From: Podospora anserina
Lineage: Eukaryota
NCBI GenBank assembly: GCA_017654855.1
Contig: CM030334.1
Span: 1,302,001 to 1,366,000, forward strand
Direction: 5' to 3'
Length of the DNA stretch: 64,000 nucleotides
Below the pieces are notes generated by a model, which worked only from the letters and a program-made list of their open reading frames with translations, was not told where the DNA came from and did no database searches. The position numbers were made by a program, and so were the translations under genes. Positions within the stretch are counted from its first letter, which is position 1, and each line of letters starts with the position of its first letter. Shown in pieces: positions 1 to 11,712 of the stretch.

Positions 1-82
1 CCCCCCCCTCGCGAGCCGCCAAGCTAGATCCCGTTCTTTGTTCGGCGATCCGGTATCTGGATCGGAATACACCATCCTCTCT

Positions 83-90
83 TATATAAG
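83..90 (+). promoter_or_regulatory. TATA-like box upstream of egt1
   Basis: TATATAAG about 90 nt before the egt1 ATG, followed by a pyrimidine-rich leader. Confidence 0.5.
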
Positions 91-174
91 TACCTTCATT
101 CCAGTTCCCTCTGGCGTCAATCCGTCGTCGATTGTTTGGCAACATCACACCATCACACGGTTTAGTTCTCCACG

Positions 175-3100
175 ATGCCTAGTAGTGCTCCAGATTTGAC
201 CGTCATGGCGTACGGTGCACTTGCTAGCCTCAAGGCCGCCGCTGCTGCCAAGGACAAGACAAAACCCAAGCTGTTCAGTCATCCCAAGGTTGACATCATT
301 GATATCCGCCGTGTCGAGGTCGAGACAAACCTCAAGGCCGACATTGTCTCCCAGTTCTGTCCAAAGGAAGGGCCCAGAAAGCTTCCCACACTGCTCTTGT
401 ACGACGAGAGAGGGTTGCAGTTGTTTGAGAAGGCATGTCTTTTTCGTTGAGTCGTCGGGAGTGAAGGGCGAGCGAAGTTGCTGACAGAATTCCAGATTAC
501 GTATTTGGAAGAGTACTACCTGACCAACGATGAGATTCAAGTGCTCGAGTCGTCGGCCAAAGAGATTGCCGGCAGCATTCCTTCAGAGTCTATGGTTATC
601 GAACTCGGCAGTGGGTGAGTCCAATGGCAGCGCGGTTTTGTTGTGGGGGGTGTTGTTATGCTGACCTTTGGTCCCAAAGAAACCTTCGAAAAGTGAATCT
701 GCTTCTGCAAGCTTTCGAGGACGCCGGCAAGAGCATTGACTACTACGCTTTGGATCTCTCCAAGCAAGAGCTCGAGCGTACCCTTGCCCAGCTTCCCGCA
801 TATCAGCATGTCCGAGCTCATGGTCTGTTTGGGACGTACGACGATGGGCGGGAGTGGCTCAAGGACCCATCCAATATTTCAAGAAGGAAGTGCATAATGA
901 GTCTTGGGTCAAGCATTGGTGAGTGTCCCTCCCATTTGTGCCCGACTTGAGAGCAGCAGGAAGAACCTGAACCTAACGCAACTCTGCCAGGGAATTTCGA
1001 GCGAAGCGCGGCCGCCTCGTTTCTCAAGTCGTTCTCCGATGTCCTCAGCCATGGTGACACCATGCTGATTGGGCTGGATGCTTGCAACGACCCGGCCAAA
1101 GTCTAGTATGTTCCATCCAGTTCCCCCTTCGTGCAGCTTTGATTTCAAGGTTCGCTGACCGTCATACCTGAACAGCCACGCCTACAATGGTATGTCCTAC
1201 CGCACGCACTCTGTAGTGTGATTATTACGCTGACTTGTAGTTTTGTGGGATCACACACAGACAAGGAGGGCATCACCCATGAGTACGTCATGCTCACCAC
1301 CCGCCCCTTTTTTGACAAGCTGCATATATGAAGGGAACTTGAGCAACTGACGGGGGACCTAGGTTCATTCTGAATGGTCTTCGCCATGCCAACAGGGTCC
1401 TTGGACAGGCTGCCTTCCACGAAAGGGACTGGAGGGTGATTGGTGAATACGTCCATGACGCCGAGGGAGGGCGCCATCAAGCCTTCTACTCACCGGTACG
1501 TGACACGACCGTTTTTGGCCAAGTCATCCGGCCCCACGAGCGAATCCAGGTCGAGGAGAGCCTGAAGTGGTCTCCGGAGGAGACACGGAAGATGTGGGAC
1601 CTGGCCGGTATGACCGAGAAGGGGAAGTGGATGCACGGCACAGAATATGGTGAGCAACCTGCCTTCCCTTTCACACACATTACCTATATCCCTATTTTCC
1701 GGCGGCAACTGGGCTCTGCGCGGTTCTTTCTCTCTCTCTCTCTCTCTCTTGACAGGCCGGTCAACGATGATTTTACCCAAGCTTTACCCCACGTTTTGAC
1801 CTTTTGACACGTGGGACCAGTCGTACGATTTGCTTCTGCGCCGTGAAACACATCTCGATTGTGTGTGCCCTTTACTGCGGGAAGAGGTCGTCCCCACTGG
1901 CCACCATGGTCTACCGATGGGTGTGTGTTGGGCTGCGGGGTCAACGGCCAGCCAAGGACCCAGGCTGTTAACATAGTCTTATTTCACTTGGAGAGAGACG
2001 GAGACAGAGAGAGCAAGGAATGACTAACAGCAGCAATATGCAGGCCTTCATCTACTCACCAAGTCAAAGATGTCATTCAGCCTGATTCCTTCCGTCTACG
2101 CCCGCAGCGCCCTTCCAACCATATCGGACTGGGAGGCGGTTTGGGCGGCATGGGATGTTGTCACACGTGAGATGCTGCCGCACGAGGAGCTGTTCGAGAA
2201 GCCCATCAAGCTCCGCAACGCCTGCATCTTCTACCTCGGCCACATCCCCACCTTCCTCGACATCCAGCTGAGCAAGACGACCAAGGAGCCGCTGACGGAA
2301 CCGGAAACGTACTCGCTGATTTTTGAGAGAGGGATCGACCCTGATGTCGACAACCCCGAGTTGTGCCATGCCCACTCGGAAATACCTGACGAATGGCCCT
2401 CGGTGGAGGATGTCCTGGCCTATCAAAACCGGGTGCGAGCTCGCGTACAGAGCATGTATGCAAGCGGTGCCGAAAGCATCCCGCGGCATGTGGGTCGGGC
2501 GGTTTGGGTGGGCTTCGAGCATGAGCTCATGCACCTGGAGACACTGCTGTACATGATGCTGCAGAGCGACAGGACGCTGCCGCCGTCGCACGTGCCGGCG
2601 CCGGACTGGGAGAAGCTGGCGGCCAGGGCGAAGGGGGAGGGGGTGGTGAATGAGTGGTTTGATATTCCGGAGCAGGAGGTCACCATCGGGTTGGATGATC
2701 CAGAGGACGGGACGGACATTGATAATGTGTATGGCTGGTAAGGTTTTTTCCCCCTTCATCAACATGAACATCACTAACAAAAACAGGGACAACGAAAAAC
2801 CTGTCCGCCGGGTAAAAGTCCACTCTTTCCAAGCCCAAGGCCGCCCCATCACCAACGAAGAATACGCCCAATACCTCTACAACACCTCGAGCAACAAACT
2901 CCCCGCCTCATGGGTGGAAATCCCCCCATCCAACCACACCAACGGAACCACCTCCCCCCTCCCAGAATCCTTCCTCCACAACAAAGCAGTCCGCACCATC
3001 TACGGCCCCGTCCCCCTCTCCCTCGCCCTCGACTGGCCAGTCTTTGCGTCATACGACGAACTCTCCTCCTGCGCCACCTACATGGGCGGACGCATCCCCA

Positions 3101-3666
3101 CCTTTTTCGAAACCCGCAGCATCTATCAATACGCAGAAGAGCTCAAGAAGAAGAAGGACGTGGAAAACCAACTCGGAAAGACAGTCCCCGCCGTGAATGG
3201 TCACCTCTGCAACAACGGGGTGGAGATTTCTCCCCCTGCTACCCCCACTACGACGACTGCTTCTTCTGATGCTGGTGGGGAGGCTGATTTGTTTATTGAC
3301 CTTTCAGACGCAAATGTCGGCTTGCACAACTGGCATCCTGTACCCGTGACGGGGAAGGGGAATAAACTGGCTGGGCAGGCGGAGATGGGCGGTGTGTGGG
3401 AGTGGACTAGTTCTGTGCTGGAGGAGTGGGAGGGGTTTGAGGCGATGGGGTTGTATCCAGGGTATACGGCTGATTTTTTTGACGGGAAGCATAATGTTGT
3501 TCTTGGGGGGAGCTGGGCGACGCACCCGAGGATTGCGGGGAGGAGGAGTTTGTGAGTTTTTTTTTCTCCCATGTTGAACAAGGGGCTAACGAGGAGCAGT
3601 GTCAATTGGTACCAGAGAAACTACCCTTATGCTTGGGTAGGGGCGAGGTTGGTGAGGGATATCTAA
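175..3666 (+). CDS. egt1: Ergothioneine biosynthesis protein 1 (EgtD-like histidine methyltransferase fused to EgtB-like sulfoxide synthase/FGE-sulfatase domain), 10 exons
   Basis: Exons read by eye: 175-432, 496-614, 680-918, 991-1105, 1176-1189, 1261-1282, 1363-1649, 2044-2737, 2787-3551, 3600-3666. The spliced product contains LPTLLLYDERGLQLFEK-ITYLEEYYLT, VIELGSGNLRKV, YHAYNDKEGITHEFILNGL, FYLGHIPTFLD, GFEHELMHLETLLYM (HxxxHxE iron motif), YGWDNEKP, GGVWEWT, YPGYTADFFDGKHNVVLGGSWATHPRIAGRRSFVNWYQRNYPYAWVGARL. Intron 1 is GC-AG. Confidence 0.95.
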
Positions 3667-4554
3667 GCCTGGATGCTCTCTCAGTTTCAGACTTGTGATA
3701 TCTCTTCTGTCTCACCCTTTCCAGCATTCTATGGTCGGGGGATTATTTTCTCATCTATTTATCGACGCCACTCTTTCTTCTTCCTTACGGTTGTCGGAAA
3801 ACCCAAAAGAGAAACGAGAATTTGGAAAAGCGCGGTCGTTTTTCACACACATACAAAAGTCAGAAAACACGAGGCACTTTTTTCATTTTGTGATGCCGCC
3901 TCCGGGGGCTGTTTAATAGTATTTTTATTTTATTATTATAGCTCTCTCTTTTAAGGAATGGTATTGGGTTTCTGGTATGGGGTTTCGGATCATCAGATCG
4001 TTTCAGGTACTTAGGTAGTCGAGTTGTCTTGCTGTAGGACATTATGATTGAGTTCTCTCTCTGTTCTAACTGCATCTCCTAATAATGGCGAAGCAGTGGG
4101 ATGGGACCGACCCTCAAAGTGTGAGAGAAGAGCCGTCATCCTTCACAATATCGTTTAAACATCATATATTTGGATTTGACGCTCTGCCTCAAATGTTATC
4201 CACCCTTACCTATCAACCTTGCTTCTACCGAATAGAAAAAAAAGAAGAAAAAATTGTTTGATACATAAACTCCAACGCTGCCAAAAAAGATGAACCCAAC
4301 GCCTGTTTTTCAAATCTCTCCAGTGAGATTTATTTATATCATCCACCCATTCGTCATCCTTCTTGATGTCTCCCTTCTCCCCTTCTCCTCCTTCTCAAGC
4401 CCTTCTCCCCTCTCACCCTCAGAACCGCACTCAAAAACCCCCTAAGCCTTCCCACCTTCCCCCTCCGCCTTCTTCCCCGTACTCATCTTCTGCCTGTTTT
4501 TGTTCCCCCATCATTAGCCCCCACCCCCCCCCTCAACCATCAGGACCAGAAAAC

Positions 4555-6015
4555 TTACTCAATCCTCCCCACCCCCTTCAACCTCAAATACACATCCGTC
4601 CCCCACCCATGCAAACTCTGCACCTTGATCCCACCCCCAAAATACTCGGCATACGCCCTGCTCAACGGCAGCCCATACCCCAGCCCAGCAATCGAGCTCC
4701 CCCCGCTGCTCGCCGCCGAGATCACGCTCAGCGCGTCATCGCTCCATGCCCCAGGGGGATCGTCCTCATTCTCCGAAAAGGTGGTGAAGCTGTAAGACCA
4801 AATGTGCGGCAGCACCTCTGGGCCGATACCACCTCCCCGATCCCGGATTCTGATCGTCACCCCGGGGGCATTGTCGTCAAGGGGCTGGATATGGTCTTTG
4901 TTGAACGCCCCCAAAGAGACAGACGGTGGGGAGAGCGTGATGGGGGTTGTGACGGACGAAGGTGGCTCGGGAGCTATGGTGATCTCCACCGGGGATTTAC
5001 TCTGACCGTTTTCGACTGTGGCCCGGAAAGCGTTCTTGAGGAGCTCGGTGATGATGTACTCTAGGTGTGTGGGGACAAAGGCAAAGGTTGTCTCGGGGCT
5101 GCCGTTGATGAACCATTCTGGTCTCACCCCATAATTGAGCTCGCAGATGTCGGCGACAAAACTGCCGCACGAGTCGACTGTTGATGCCGGGCGGAGGGCC
5201 GTGTCAATGACCCCGATGTACCCCGGGGTTTCAGGGCATGGTGTAGGGGAGGAGGGTGGGTCAAAGTGCGGGCTGGAGGAATAATGCAAGGCGATGTGCT
5301 GCTCGGCTACCAACCTGGTCCCGATACGGGCGCGGAGGTGCTGGTCGAGGAAGCGGGTTACCTCGCCGGGGGAGATGTATTTCCTGCACTCCAAGAACCC
5401 CCGGGCGAGAATGGGGATGGTGTCGGTGTGGGTTTGGACTAGCTCGGCGAGGACTTCAGTGAAGCGGATTTCGTCTTCGAGGTTAGAGATTGTGCGGCCT
5501 TGCCAGGGGAGGAGGGTGGAGAGTGAGTGTTGGTAGTTGTTGTAGATTTTGCGGATGTTGGGGTTGGACACCACGATATAGGGGAGGTTGCGGAGGGCCT
5601 GGATCCTATGGGCTAGTCGAATGGGGAGGAGGGAGAGGGTGAAGCGCGCCGAGGAGAGGAGGGCTTCGGCGCTGAGGGGTGGTCGGCCATGTCTTTAGGA
5701 GAAAAGGTGTTAGACGCTGTGGTGTGATTGGAGCCATCGTGTTGGAAGGGATAGGAAGACAAACTTGACCAAGTCTGCCAGACTCAATCGATGTAGGGGC
5801 TGTTTAGCTAGCCACGGGACAGCATCGTCGGTCTCGGAATAAGTGACGTGATGGTGGTGGTGACTCGGAGGTCGGTGGTGGTGGGCAACGGGGGCTTCCT
5901 TATTAGGGTTCTGTGATGTCGATGACGCCCTTCGCGCCAGGTATCGTCCTTTGACAAGTCCTGGGACAATACGGGAGGGCGTCGACAACCGTATCAACCT
6001 CGCCGTGGGGCCCAT
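4555..6015 (-). CDS. Mitochondrial pyruvate/branched-chain alpha-ketoacid dehydrogenase kinase family protein (BCDHK_Adom3 + HATPase_c)
   Basis: Exons 6015-5765 and 5692-4555. Arg-rich N-terminus (MGPTARLIRLSTPSR...), LPIRLAHRIQALRNLPYIVVSNP, FLDQHLRARIGTRLVAEQHIAL, ELLKNAFRAT (N box), IRDRGGGI (G1), IAGLGYGLPLSRAYAEYFGG (G2). Confidence 0.92.
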
Positions 6016-6355
6016 ATTATCAAAGTGCTGATGTGTAGTTGAAGCTGTGTCAAAGCTGAGTAAAAGAATGGAACGCGGCACGATTAAACTGAAACTGTGC
6101 GAGTACAAGTTGCTAAATGCTGTCAAAAGAGAGGGAGCAAGCTGGAGATGGTAAGATTAAATACATCAATAACACTGTCCAACATGAACACTGGAAAGAG
6201 AGAATGACTGTCAATTGCTAGCTAGCGCTCGTCATAACGACCACGAACCCTCGATATCGATAAGCCGCTGGACAGGGATTATCTGCCCCGCTGTCACGGC
6301 ACACGCTGCCCCGCACGTCACTAGATCCCGCTCCCGGACGGCTGGCCTGAGCTCC

Positions 6356-6746
6356 TTATTGAGTGCGCATCTCTTGATCAGCTTCAACATCCTTCACGTG
6401 CTCGTGGCTGGAAAGAGTTTGGACAGAGTCCTCGGGGAAGGAGACTCTGTTGGTGACAGAGTCAGTCATTTTGTTCATTTGTCTGATATCGGGAGAGTCT
6501 TACGAGAAGCCCTTGATCAGTGTGTACTCGTGGCCGATGGTGCCGCCCTGGTCTTTGGCATGTTGCTTGGCCCTGCGCGGTATCAGCTTCAGTTCGGTAG
6601 AGATAGATCCCGGGAAAGGATCTTCTTACGCCTCGATCTGCTCGGGGGTAGCGTCGTCCTTGCAGGTCACCTGTGTGGTGGTGATGTTAGCTTAACGATC
6701 AGAATATACAATGGCCGATAGGTCCACATACGATGTAGGAAGGCAT
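6356..6746 (-). CDS. Small peptidase inhibitor I9 family protein (Pbi2/POIA1-like subtilisin-propeptide fold), 71 aa, 4 exons
   Basis: Absent from the ORF track. Exons 6746-6732, 6670-6630, 6572-6504 and 6446-6356 all have GT-AG boundaries and branch sites and total 216 nt. Product: MPSYIVTCKDDATPEQIEAAKQHAKDQGGTIGHEYTLIKGFSVSFPEDSVQTLSSHEHVKDVEADQEMRTQ, with the I9-type YIV...GG-I-H-Y-LI-GFS...VE-DQ pattern. Confidence 0.88.
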
Positions 6747-7523
6747 GGTTGTAGTTGTAGTTGGCTTGGGTCTGTTGGAGAAAGACTGTGTGTTTGCAGA
6801 GAGAAATCGCAGAGATGGAGACAGGGTACGGATCCTCCTTATAAACATCTGGCCGAGGCTGCCCAGGCATGGAGACGAACAAGCGTGGAGGCCTAGTTCA
6901 CGAGGACGGCGGGGTGAGAGGGGAATACGTCATGCCCGGTGTATCACGCACTACAGCCGGTTCGATACAAGCCGTTTCAGCTTGTGACGCTTACTGGCGG
7001 CCTTCTATGGACTTTAACAGCGCTTCCATGTCCAGTTGGGGTGGAAACCGCGGGATACGCGCCTGTTTTGCCTGGCACGCCAGATTACGAATCTGGCATC
7101 GTGCAGGAGGCTTGCCCAGTTGGGCACTGCAAGTCATTTCTGAAGTTTGAGAGAGATGTGATATCGCGCATGCAAGCAATCACCTGCCCATTTGGAGGGT
7201 CGAGAGCGTCTCTGGAGTGGTGTTGCAATGGGACAAACCCCTCAGACTAGACATGCCGAAGCTCAGCCATCCCAGTCAGGCCAGGCATTCTAAAGTGGAG
7301 AGGCTGAGGATCACCGACGACTGGTTTTGGAATCATCTCGAGTTACAGATGATATAGTACAAGACTGTAGTGTAAGTGTCTACAGTGTAAGCTGTAAGGA
7401 CCAAGTTTAGATCTTGGTTGCTCTCTGGAGGCTGCCTCCCTGTTCCCCGCTCACCCGCTCCCATCTCCAAGTGAACCCCACCATATGATGCAGGGCCCCC
7501 GCAGGGATCTGTTATCGATAGGG

Positions 7524-7564
7524 CTTATCGCTTATCGCCCAGGATCCGCCAGCCCAAAAATTTC
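7524..7564 (+). promoter_or_regulatory. Ribosome-biogenesis-type promoter elements upstream of bms1 (tandem CTTATCG = CGATAAG PAC-like; AAAAATTTC RRPE-like)
   Basis: CTTATCG at 7524-7530 and 7531-7537, and AAAAATTTC at 7556-7564, 110-150 nt before the bms1 ATG. The resemblance to yeast PAC (GCGATGAG) and RRPE motifs is an inference. Confidence 0.5.
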
Positions 7565-7676
7565 TGGAGCTTTGCGCAGGTCGAATTGGAAATGGAGACT
7601 TGTCGCGACTTGGAGTTTTGCTGCTGGACTCTTCGGTGCAGAAACGCCCGAATAACCACAACATCGCGGCGCAACC

Positions 7677-10600
7677 ATGGAACAACAAAATAAGCCTCAC
7701 AGGCCGTCCAAGAAGTCCAAGGATAAAAAGAAGGCGCAACATACAGGCCGTAAGTTGGTTTCAGGTCGTTGCGATGCGATTAGAGTCGCCATCATCCCTC
7801 GAGGTCGCTAACAGTATCTTCAAGAACAAAACCCCAAGGCCTTTGCCTTCTCTAATCCCGGCAAACTTGCAAAGCAGGCGGCGAGATCCCACGATATCAA
7901 AGAGAAGCGCCTCCATGTACCCCAAGTCGACCGTCTTCCCGATGAACCTCCTCCGCGCCTCGTCACCATCGTCGGACCTCCTGGTGTGGGCAAGACAACC
8001 CTTCTAAAGTCTCTCATCCGCCGATATGCAAAGGAAACAATGTCCGACCCCGTGGGACCAATCACGGTCGTCACCTCGAAGAAGCAGCGATTAACCTTTA
8101 TCGAATGCCCCAACGAGCTCGAAGCCATGGTCGACATCGCCAAGGTCGCCGACATTGTCCTGCTGATGATTGACGGAAATTTTGGATTCGAAATGGAGAC
8201 AATGGAGTTCCTCAACGTCCTGGCCGCCACCGGTATGCCAGGAAACGTCTTCGGTATTCTGACCCATCTCGATCTCTTCAGAAAGCCACAAGCGCTCAAG
8301 GACGCCAAGAAGAGGTTAAAGCACAGGTTGTGGAACGAATTGTATCAGGGCGCCCATCTCTTCTATCTTTCTGGTGTTTTGAACGGCCGTTACCCCGATC
8401 GGGAGATTCATAACCTTTCCCGCTTCCTGTCGGTTATGAAGAACCCTCGTCCGCTCGTATGGAGAAACTCGCACCCTTACACTGTTATCGACAACTATCG
8501 CGACATTACTCACCCAACCAAGATTGAAGAGGACGAGAATTGCGACCGGTCGATCGAGCTGTCTGGCTATTTGCGCGGTACCAACTTTGCAGCGGATGGG
8601 CAGAGGATACACATTGCGGGCTTGGGCGATTTCACAATAGCTAGCATGGAAGCTCTGCCGGATCCTTGCCCGACCCCCTCGATGGAGCAAGCACTTGCGA
8701 AGGCCACTGGAAAAACTGGGAGGAGGCGCTTGGACGAGAAGGACAAGAAGCTGTGGGCTCCAATGGCCGACCGCAGTGGTCTCAAGATTACTGGTGATCA
8801 CATTGTCATCACCAGGGAGAACGGTTTCGCTTTCGACAAAGACGCCGAGGACGTCGAACGTGGCGAGGGCGAGCAGCTTATTGTTGATCTACAGGGCGAG
8901 AGGAAACTGCTTGGTTCTACTGACAAGGGTGTCAAGCTGTTTGCCAGCGGGCAGGAGCTCACACAAGTCCCAGAAGAGGCCGACAGCGGGAGGAAAACCA
9001 GGAGGAAGGCGCGCTTCGCTGCTGGGGATGAGCCTGGCGAGGATGAAATTCCCGACGACGAGGGCTTCGAAAGCGGAGAGGAGGATGAAGAGGGCTCAGA
9101 CGTTGAAGAGGACGAATTCGACATGTCAAAGCTGGGCAAGATGTTCAAGAAGCAGCAAGACAAGGATCAACCAGAAGACGACCTTGCCTTTGCCGACAGT
9201 GACTCTGACCTTGGTTCTCTCTCTGGCGACGAAGACGAGGAGCTGGATTCCGACGAGGACGACGAGGACGTTGACATGGAAGACTTGGGTTCTGATGAGG
9301 AAGCCGGTGCCCTGAAGTGGAAGGATAGCATGTTTGAGCGCGCCAGTAAGCTTCACGGAAACAGAAGACCGTTCCGTGCTGTGGATCTTGCCAGATTCAT
9401 GTACGACACTGCCCTCAGTCCCAGAGAAGCTCTCAAGAAATGGAGGTGCGAGGAAGAGGAAGAAGAGGAGGAGGACATTGAGAAAGACGAGGACGACACT
9501 TTCTTCAGGAAGATTGGCGATGATGAGCAGGAAGATTTGACCGAGGACCGCGCGATACCAAGCTTCGACTATGAGGATTTGGCTGCCAAGTGGTCAAGTG
9601 AGGATGCTGTAGAGGCTCTCCGGACCAGATTTTCGACTGCGAACCTGGTTGATGAAGAGGGCGGGAACGGTGACGATGACGACTTTTCCGGGCTCGACGA
9701 TGATGATGAGGACGACGAGGGTGATGGTGCTTTTGAGGATCTTGAGACAGGGGAAGCGCATGGCGGTGATGGTGACGAGGACGAGGATGAGGACGGCGAT
9801 GAAGATGAGAGTGAAGAGCCACCAGAAGCCAGCTTGGAGGCTGAACGTGAAAAGAACGCCCGTCGCAAGGAAGAACTCAAGCTACGCTTCGAGGAAGAAG
9901 ATCGCGAGGGTTTCAAGAACGACAAGGCTGTCGCTAGGCGAGAAGGCGGCGGAGATGATGAGTTTGGCGAGGACGACTGGTACGATGCCCAAAAGGCTCT
10001 GCTTCAGAAGCAGCTTGACATCAACAAGGCCGAGTTTGAAGAGCTTGATGAGAGGCAAAGGACGGCGGTTGAGGGTTTCAGAGCCGGCAAGTACGGCAAG
10101 ATTGTTCTCGAGGGCGTCCCAGCCGAGTTTGTCAAGAACTTCTCGGCCAAGAGACCCATCATCGTGGGCGGTCTCTCTGCTACCGAGGACAGGTTTGGTT
10201 TCGTCCAAGTCAGAATCAAGAAGCACAGATGGCACAAGAGAATCCTCAAGACGGGCGACCCCTTGATCTTCTCTCTCGGCTGGAGAAGATTCCAATCTCT
10301 CCCCATCTACTCCATCTCCGACTCCCGGACGAGAAACCGCATGCTCAAGTACACACCCGAGCACATGCACTGCTTCGGCACCTTTTACGGCCCCCTGATC
10401 GCCCCCAACACCTCCTTCACCGCATTCCAGTCCTTCTCCTCCTCCAACCCGGGCTTCCGCATCGCAGCCACCGGCACGGTCCTGTCGGTAGACGAATCCA
10501 CCGAAATCGTCAAGAAGCTCAAGCTAACCGGCACCCCCTACAAAATCTTCAAGAACACCGCCTTCATCAAGGACATGTTCAACACTGCCCTCGAAATCGC

Positions 10601-11258
10601 AAAGTTTGAAGGCGCGGCCATAAAGACTGTCTCGGGCGTCCGCGGCCAGATCAAGCGCGCCCTGTCAAAACCAGACGGCCACTTCCGCGCCACGTTTGAG
10701 GACAAAATTCTCCTGTCCGACATTGTCTTCCTCCGCGCGTGGTACCCCATCAAGCCGCACAGGTTCTACAACCCGGCGACGAACCTCATCGGCTGGCAGT
10801 CGATGCGCTCGACGGGTGAGATCCGCCGCGCCGAGGACTTGGCCACGCCGCAGCTGAAGAACAGCCAGTACCGCAAGATTGAGCGGCAGGAGCGGCATTT
10901 CAACCCGTTGAGGGTGCCCAAGAAGCTGGCTGCCGAGCTGCCGTTTAAGTCGCAGATTGTGCAGACGAAGAAGCAGAGGAAGGAGACGTACATGCAGAAG
11001 AGGGCCGTGGTGGTTTCGGGAGAGGAGCGCAAGGCGAGGGATCTCATGCAGAAGCTTACTACGATCCGGAAAGAGCAGGTTGCGAAGAGGAAGGCGAAGA
11101 AGGAGGAGAAGAGGCAGGAGTACAGGAAGAAGGTGGCGGATATTGAGGAGAGGCTGGAGAATAGGGAGAAGAAGGAGAAGCAGGCGTACTGGGAGAGGGA
11201 GGGGAAGAAGAGGAGGGCTGGGGATGGGGGTGGTGGGGGTGGGAAGAGGAGGAAGTAA
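7677..11258 (+). CDS. bms1: Ribosome biogenesis GTPase Bms1
   Basis: Exons 7677-7749 and 7825-11258. MEQQNKPHR...QNPKAFAFSNPGKL, P-loop GPPGVGKTTL, ADIVLLMIDGNFGFEMETMEFLN, acidic central region, RIKKHRWHKRILKT, RNRMLKYTPEHMHC, FRATFEDKILLSDIVFLRAW. Confidence 0.97.
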
Positions 11259-11712
11259 ATAGTCGGTGGGTGTTTTGTCTGTCTGTGAGATTACCAGGCG
11301 TTGATATCATGGTTGAGGAGGGTACATAAGGTGTATAGGCCAGGAAAATGAAACACTTTTGCCAACATCATGTTGCGTGTGAAACACCAATATTGGGGAA
11401 GACACATTTCCTGAGAAAGTACGGGCTAACCGCCAAAAATGTATTCCTGTTTCCCAATATACATACAAACACTTATTGTAACTAACACTAACTCACATAC
11501 CAGTTAGAAAGGCCGGGGGTGTGGGGGGGTATTCCTAATCCTACCAGCCAACTACTCCTTTCCTTTCCTTTCTTTTTCCTGTTCCTTTCCCATTCTTTTC
11601 CCACCAGCAAAGTCAAGATAATTTTCAAATCACCCCCCCCCCCCAAAAAAAAAGAAAAACACTTCCAAATCTTCTAATCAAACCATACAACACCCTCTGC
11701 CTCCCCTCAGCA

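Noticed and set aside
1752-1975. egt1 intron element as an H/ACA or C/D snoRNA, TPP riboswitch or RNase MRP RNA
   Set aside because: No proper ANANNA hinge, RTGATGA/CTGA pair, TPP aptamer core or MRP CR-I/CR-V match was seen; kept only as an unclassified structured element.
3474-3480. T TTT TTT slippery-like run in egt1 (D-F-F)
   Set aside because: It encodes the conserved ADFFDG motif near the gene end, with no evident stimulatory structure.
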